Below, in pieces: positions 25,515-31,091 of a stretch of DNA of 31,091 bases (its first letter is position 1; each line of letters begins with the position of its first letter). Below the pieces are notes generated by a model. It ran no database searches. It was not told the origin of the DNA and was given only the letters and a program-made list of their open reading frames with translations. The stretch comes from Spongospora subterranea f. sp. subterranea (Eukaryota): the NCBI GenBank assembly GCA_049724395.1, contig JAUGWO010000030.1, positions 186,001-217,091 on the forward strand, written 5' to 3'. The position numbers and the translations under genes are program-made.

Positions 25515-28500
25515 TTAGTTCAGGTTGCTGCGGCAGGATATGGATAGTGGGTCTGTCCGGGCCTGTAAAAATTTTTTCAGAAGAACGGGAACATCATCTT
25601 TCAGGTTTTCGAACGGCTCCCATGTTGTATCCTGGGCTTCAAATCCACTCCACACAACTTGCACCTCGATGTCACCAGTGTTGTTGTTGCGGCGAATGTC
25701 TCGCAAATCTTCAACTACATAACCTTGTCCGTCATGAGCTACTTGGTTGTACAGCTCTTCAGTTACGTTAAGGCTGGAATCGTCGTAAAGTTTCAGTCTT
25801 ACCGCATGCACATTTTCAATGGCTTTTGTAATTAAGTCCTGAACTTGGTAAACATGATCATTTCCTACGATTTGTGAAGGTCCCTGCCACGCTCCGCGAA
25901 GTTTATGCTGGGTGTTTCGATGAAGATTCGACGCAACTAGCACGTAATCGCCAATACAAAAATTCATAGGAATAACTTGCCGGCGTTTGGAATGTGTCCT
26001 GTGTGACTGTTGACGCTGAATCGTTACGTTTGATTCGACGTTTCGATGAATACGATCGCATGCGTCCCTCAGCTCGCATGTCATTTCGTTGATTCAGCTT
26101 CTGGGGTTAACGAAACCTCAGCAATCTTATCTAATCGTTCAATAAAAATAGTTGAGATTAAGGTAGATGGTTGTAGGCCAGTCATAATCGTAACAGGGGC
26201 ATAGCCGATATGGGAGCGAACCCGGTGATTCAATGCCATATTGACCAATGGTAGGAGACAGGGTCAATCATGAAACGATAATCGGAACTCGGAGATAAGG
26301 GCGCGTAGAACAAATAGGAGCAGCCTGTTGACAACTTCTACTGATCCGTTTGCCCAAGGAGTATAAGCTGTCGTGAAATGATGGCTAATGTGAAGTCTTC
26401 AGCATAGATCGGACACCACTTGGTTCTTAAAGTGTGTGCCTTGGTCTGATACATGGGTAAAGACGATTCCGAATCTCTTGAATCAATCTATGAGTCCATG
26501 AACTGTAACGTAATGATCGGCTGATTCGCAGGGGATCAATTCAATAAATTGACTTAGATCGTCTTTTAACACCAGGACGTACTCGAAAGAATGTGGGTGG
26601 TTTTTCGGTACTTTTCCTATAAATAAAAATTCGTAGTGGATGACCTGGTTGGGTCTGGATGCATGGATTTTGCATGGCCAAAGGGCCTTGGAACAACTTT
26701 TCCACGGAGACGAACACAATGGATACAGCGTTCAACTACGCTGGAAACGAATTCCTTCATGTTTTTCCACCAAAAAAATGATTCGATAGATTTGGGTGTT
26801 GGTTCTTTAGCTTGATGACCTGATAGGCCGCTGTGTGCAATTATGGAAATTCGGAGACGAAGAGTGGAACCTGAATTGGTTGGGATCCACAACTTTCCTT
26901 CAGCGGTTTTCCATATCTGGTGGCTACCATCCCACAGCAGTGATTGATTATCGATCGAGATGTTAGGTAGGTGTTGAGCATCAGAATGAGACAGATACGT
27001 TGCTTGAACTGTAGCAATTTCATGCAAAGATGGCCAGATGAAAATTCTTCGAAATGGGTTGAATGAGGATTGGGGCCTTGAATGCTTTAAGTTGAGCATC
27101 AATAGATATTTTTGACTTTCCCCATCGAGTAAAAAGATCTGCCCAAACATTCTCGTTTCCTTCAACATGTTCAATGATGTAAGGAATGTTTGCGAGTTGG
27201 AGTTGCCATCGCTCAAGTCGGTCCGCAGTATGCCGCGCGACATTGGTGCAGCGCTTCATTGGGTTGAATATACATACATTAAATTCCGATGATCCGTATG
27301 AATTCGGACCGGGTTCGATCCTATCAAGAAATGACGAAGGCGGAATATACCTTCGATAAAAGGATACGCTTCTTTTTCTATGATAGCCCATCTGAGGCTA
27401 TTAGCGCGAAAAGTGCCAGAAAGACATGCTAGCAATTCGTGTCGTTGTTCGGTGAGCGGTAGACTTAATTCTTCAGGAGGAATCTGTGTCAGGACAGCCG
27501 ACCAAAAATCTTGAGAAGCATCGGGAAATAAGCATGTTAACCAGTCGCTTTTCGGATGAGCAAGCCTCGTAAGAGCAGCTTGGTTCTGGTCTGTCCCGGT
27601 TGGTGGCAGGTTAGGACCAAGTCAGTGTGAGACTCGAGTTCGAAAAACCCCGTGGGCAGGGATTTTGGGGAATACCCTAAGGTTGGCCAGCTAATACGGA
27701 AGTAGAGCGCAGGTTGTTGAGCATGCGAGGAACGAACCTCTTGAAAAATAGACAGCTGATTTGTATTGATGCGACTTGGGTTCAAGGCATTGTGGTGTTC
27801 CGTACAGGGAATTTCCCTCGTGTCCAACAGGTTAGGGGGTTTTAGTGAGTCGGGTCATGGGATCAACCTCACACTATCACAATGTCGGTCAGACTGCAGA
27901 ACATTCAGCGAAGGTTCTAGCGAATGAGCTTTAACACCAAGTTCGCCTTGGCCCTCTTGTAGATATGGGTACTACAAACCTGCACCAAAATGCCGAACAC
28001 AATCACAAAAAAAAAAGCCTCGTAAGACCAGCAACACATTCCTTTATCATTTTGAAAGATTCTTGGTGTGGTGCATTCCATTCAATATCTGCTAATCGGA
28101 TACGTCGAAGCACGGTTTTCTTACAGCTTTGCACCGTTCGTGTAGTTGTCAGGAGGAGATCTTGGAGAGGATGTGTTAGTTCATTGAAATTAGGATACTC
28201 TTCCGAATCCAGTTTAGGGCACAAACGAATTGTTGTAGGTCATCGCCATGAATTGGGGGCTGCATGTCCAAAAGAGCTTGAATAAAAGAATTGTCATATG
28301 TGACCCTTCAGGCGAAATGTTATGACCAGCCCATTTGACTGTTTCGGCATAAAGATTGCATCGTACATTTGATACCTCTTTTCGCCATTTCGAGAAAGAC
28401 TTTGCTGAGCACAATCATATGTGTCATTGGAGAATTCTTGTTTGCATATGCTAGTACATCGTCAAGCCATAAGAGAGCGCATTTGTACAATAAATCACCC

Positions 28501-28980
28501 AAAACTTGTTGCATCCCTGATTGAAATGTTGCAACTGAGTCAATGATTCCTTGAATTACGCGACGCGGGTGAATACTGCTTCGTGCGTCATGAAAGAACA
28601 CATTTTTTGGGAGTTTAAGTGCAATGGGAACTGCCAATAGCCTTTGAAACAATCTAATAAGATATACGATGTAGCATCACGAAGATAACCTAGAATGATG
28701 TCTATATGAGGCATGGGCCAGATAATAGGCTCGATCTGCTTGTTGATTTTTCACAGTGTCGACTGTCATCCTATAACCTCTTTTGTCCGGTTTTGGAATA
28801 ACTAGGGCGGCGGAAGCGTCTCGACTCTGTGGGTTTCTGTAGATATAATTATTCTTTTCAAGTGCATTTGTATGCGCATGCATGAATTCTTGGTATGGAA
28901 TTGTTAGGAATATTCCATATATTCCTAACTCGCGCAGTTCAGACGCAGTTTTCGGACAAGAATTGACCAATGAAGGTCAT
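25515..28980 (-). mobile_element. Ty3/Gypsy pol with C-terminal chromodomain (RT, RNase H, integrase, chromodomain), pseudogenised
   Basis: 'GYRMTVD', 'LDCFKGYWQFP', 'LLWLDDVLAYA', 'PDASQDFWSAVLTQ', 'IIEKEAYP', 'TDHRNL', 'NVWADLFTRW', 'HSGLSGH...CIHC', 'KLRGAWQGP', and chromodomain 'VVWSGFEAQDTTWEPFENL'. Confidence 0.93.
27575..28014 (+). mobile_element. SINE-like retroposed insertion (~440 bp) with tRNA-like head, A-tail and 13-bp TSD
   Basis: AAGCCTCGTAAGA is duplicated at 27562-27574 and 28015-28027, with an A10 run at 28007-28016. Removing the insert restores the Gypsy peptide 'VAGLTRL-AHPKSDW'. A B-box-like GAGTTCGAA lies at 27636. Confidence 0.85.
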
Positions 28981-29061
28981 TCTTGTCAACACCTCGCTCA
29001 GGCATCAATAAATCGATAGTTATATCAACTGCTCTGGCTTGTTCTAACAGTTTGACAAGAA

Positions 29062-29554
29062 TTCTCTCTTCTCGGTTTACGTACCGTCACTTCTCGTTTC
29101 TCGGTTTACGTACCGTCACTTCTCTCTTCTCGGTTTACGTACCGTCACTTCTCTCTTCTCGGTTTACGTACCGTCACTTCTCTCTTCTCGGTTTACGTAC
29201 CGTCACTTCTCGCTTCTCGGTTTACGTACCGTCACTTCTCTCTTCTCGGTTTACGTACCGTCACTTCTCTCTTCTCGGTTTACGTACCGTCACTTCTCTC
29301 TTCTCGGTTTACGTACCGTCACTTCTCTCTTCTCGGTTTACGTACCGTCACTTCTCTCTTCTCGGTTTACGTACCGTCACTTCTCTCTTCTCGGTTTACG
29401 TACCGTCACTTCTCTCTTCTCGGTTTACGTACCGTCACTTCTCGCTTCTCGGTTTACGTACCGTCACTTCTCTCTTCTCGGTTTACGTACCGTCACTTCT
29501 CTCTTCTCGGTTTACGTACCGTCACTTCTCTCCTCTCGGTTTACGTACCGCCAC
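29062..29554. repeat. Tandem array, 17 copies of the 29-bp unit TTCTCTCTTCTCGGTTTACGTACCGTCAC
   Basis: 493 bp = 17 x 29, with few substitutions; it ends 13 nt before the gag ATG. Confidence 0.97.
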
Positions 29555-29567
29555 TTCGCCCCACAAC

Positions 29568-30364
29568 ATGTCTAGCCTCGAGCGATCGGAGTCAGTTCCA
29601 GCTAGCCCGCACAACCATCGAGGTTTTCAGGTACCGACGGAGCATCCACAGTTCCGTCAGTCTGTTCAACCTCAACCTTTGTCGCCGGAGGTCCAGTCGG
29701 TATTACAGGCGGCACTAGCTCAGCAACAGCAACAGTTTCAACGACAGTTGCAGGAACTGTCGCAACACTACCAGCAACAGCAAATTGATCAGCAGCCTCC
29801 TCAGCCAGAACCTAAGGTTCGCCTTCCGGATCCGTTTGACGGTTCCCGATGCGCCCTGCGAGGGTTCATAAACCAGATTTCAATGGTCATCAGTCGCAAA
29901 CCCAGAACGTATGCGACCGATTCCGATAAGGTGATGCTGGTGGCAGACCTCCTGAAAGGGAACGCACTGCTGTGGTTCTCGCCGCTTTTCGAGCGACAAG
30001 ACCCGATACTGCAAGATTTCCCTGGGTTCGTTCAAGCATTGCGCGCGAGGTTTGACGACCCGAATAAGTCCACGACGGCAGCCAGACGTTTGGAAATCCT
30101 GCGCCAGGGTCGCCGACCGGTTGCCACATACGCCAGCGAGTTCCAGCTGCTGGTGGAGGACGCAGATTGGATGGGGCCGCGGCGCAGCATCAATTTCGAA
30201 AGGGTCTCAACGAGGAGGTGAAGGATCTACTCCTGACCTGCCCAGAAGCGCCCGATTTGAACGGGCTCATTGCGACTGCCATCAGATGCGGTGACCGTCT
30301 TTTTGAACGCGAACAGGAACGACGTGGTCGTGTTAGTTCGAATCCCCATCGTCATTCCTTTTAA
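29568..30364 (+). mobile_element. Ty3/Gypsy gag (Retrotrans_gag, PEG10/RTL-like capsid) with one frameshift near 30169
   Basis: 'PKVRLPDPFDGSR...RGFINQ', 'DSDKV...LLKGNALLW', 'LRQGRRPVATYASEF', then in another frame 'FRKGLNEEVKD...LIATAIRCGDRL'. Confidence 0.88.
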
Positions 30365-30630
30365 AGAAAGGAGAGATCACGCGAGCGAGAGTGAGAGGGA
30401 GCGGTGATGCGAGAGAGAGAGGGAGCTGGAAGGCGAGAGAGAGAGAAGGAGCTGGAACACGCGAGAGAGAGGGAGCGGTGACGCGAGAGAGAGAGGGAGC
30501 TGGAACACGAGAGAGAGAGAGGGAGCTGGAAGGCGAGAGAGAGAGAGGGAGCTGGAACACGAGAGAGAGGGAGCGGTGACGCGAGAGAGAGAGGGAGCTG
30601 GAAGGCGAGAGAGAGAGGGAGCGGGAACGA
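30365..30630. repeat. GA-rich compound minisatellite: (GA)n GGGAGC followed by TGGAAGGC, TGGAACAC or GGTGACGC
   Basis: About a dozen ~22-24-nt units with variable (GA)n length and alternating variant cores. Confidence 0.9.
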
Positions 30631-30956
30631 TGTTGATTGGAAGAAGCAAATAGAAGAATGAGTTTATTAGAAAAACGAGGGGCTCTGATATACAGAGCTA
30701 GATTATTATTGTCTCGGTCGGAAAAAGGGCGCGCGATTTCTCTGTCGGAAAAAAGGCGCGTTAATCGCGCGCCAAAATCCGTCACACGACAGAGGCTGCG
30801 CTACAGGGTTGCTCCTCAGGAGGCCGCTCATTAAGTAGGCCGCGTCGAGTCTTCATCAATATCGGATGTTCGTGACAGTGGGCCAATATACCAGTTTGGG
30901 CCAGTACAGCCAATGGGCCAGTACGACAGGTTGGCGACGTGGTTTGAACTTCAACA
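30631..30956 (-). mobile_element. Copia 3' LTR (326 bp)
   Basis: On the minus strand, the PPT TTGAGGGGGCG is followed by TGTTGA (30956) ... TCAACA (30631), perfect 6-bp terminal inverted repeats, with an internal TATA-like site and AATAAA. Confidence 0.85.
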
Positions 30957-31091
30957 CGCCCCCTCAAACCATGTGCCTTGTTGGTCACCAATCTTTTGCT
31001 GAATCTTGTGAATGTTCTTGCGCCTGAAGTTGGTTTAGTAAAAATATCTGCGACCATCTCGACTGTTGGCATGAACTGGACTTGAACCTGG
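30957..31091 (-). mobile_element. Copia pol C-terminus (RNase H end), truncated by the window edge
   Basis: 'VQFMPTVEMVADIFTKP' is the canonical Ty1/Copia terminal motif, directly upstream of the PPT and LTR. Confidence 0.88.

Noticed and set aside
28983..29567. N-terminal repeat extension of the 412-aa ORF, or a CRISPR array (29-bp unit)
   Set aside because: There are no spacers. The unit is stop-free in all three frames, so the ORF is incidental; it begins at a TTG and the first ATG is at 29568.
30333..30785. Ser/Leu-rich and Arg/Glu-rich ORFs
   Set aside because: They are translations of the GA minisatellite and LTR.

Overview
This is eukaryotic genomic DNA with small (48-87 nt) GT-AG introns. 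The compact genes and oomycete-type Gypsy elements suggest a protist, possibly a plasmodiophorid plant parasite; this is an inference and is unconfirmed. Five host genes are recognisable. They are a ZPR1-domain protein lacking the zinc finger (45-722 +), a 9-exon AP-4 epsilon adaptin with two apparent 1-nt frameshifts (1452-5060 -), a two-RRM RS-domain splicing factor (13484-14533 +), a 4-exon G-alpha subunit (14855-16206 +), and a 6-exon ~624-aa gene that the ORF track splits (18690-20842 +). The last encodes a predicted signal peptide, a DLNxxP (EAR-type) motif, an internally duplicated exon and three tandem Cys/His-rich modules, making it a candidate secreted effector. The rest is mostly decayed transposable elements: several Ty3/Gypsy remnants (one with a chromodomain and 3' LTR), Copia 3' ends, a DIRS-like RT relic, and Sola-like and pogo-like DDE transposase relics. 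Also present are a tRNA-headed SINE-like insertion with a 13-bp TSD and A-tail, a 203-bp fold-back of a Gypsy RT, and tandem arrays with 75-bp, 29-bp and GA-rich units. There is no CRISPR array. All family assignments come from motif recognition by eye; no searches were run.
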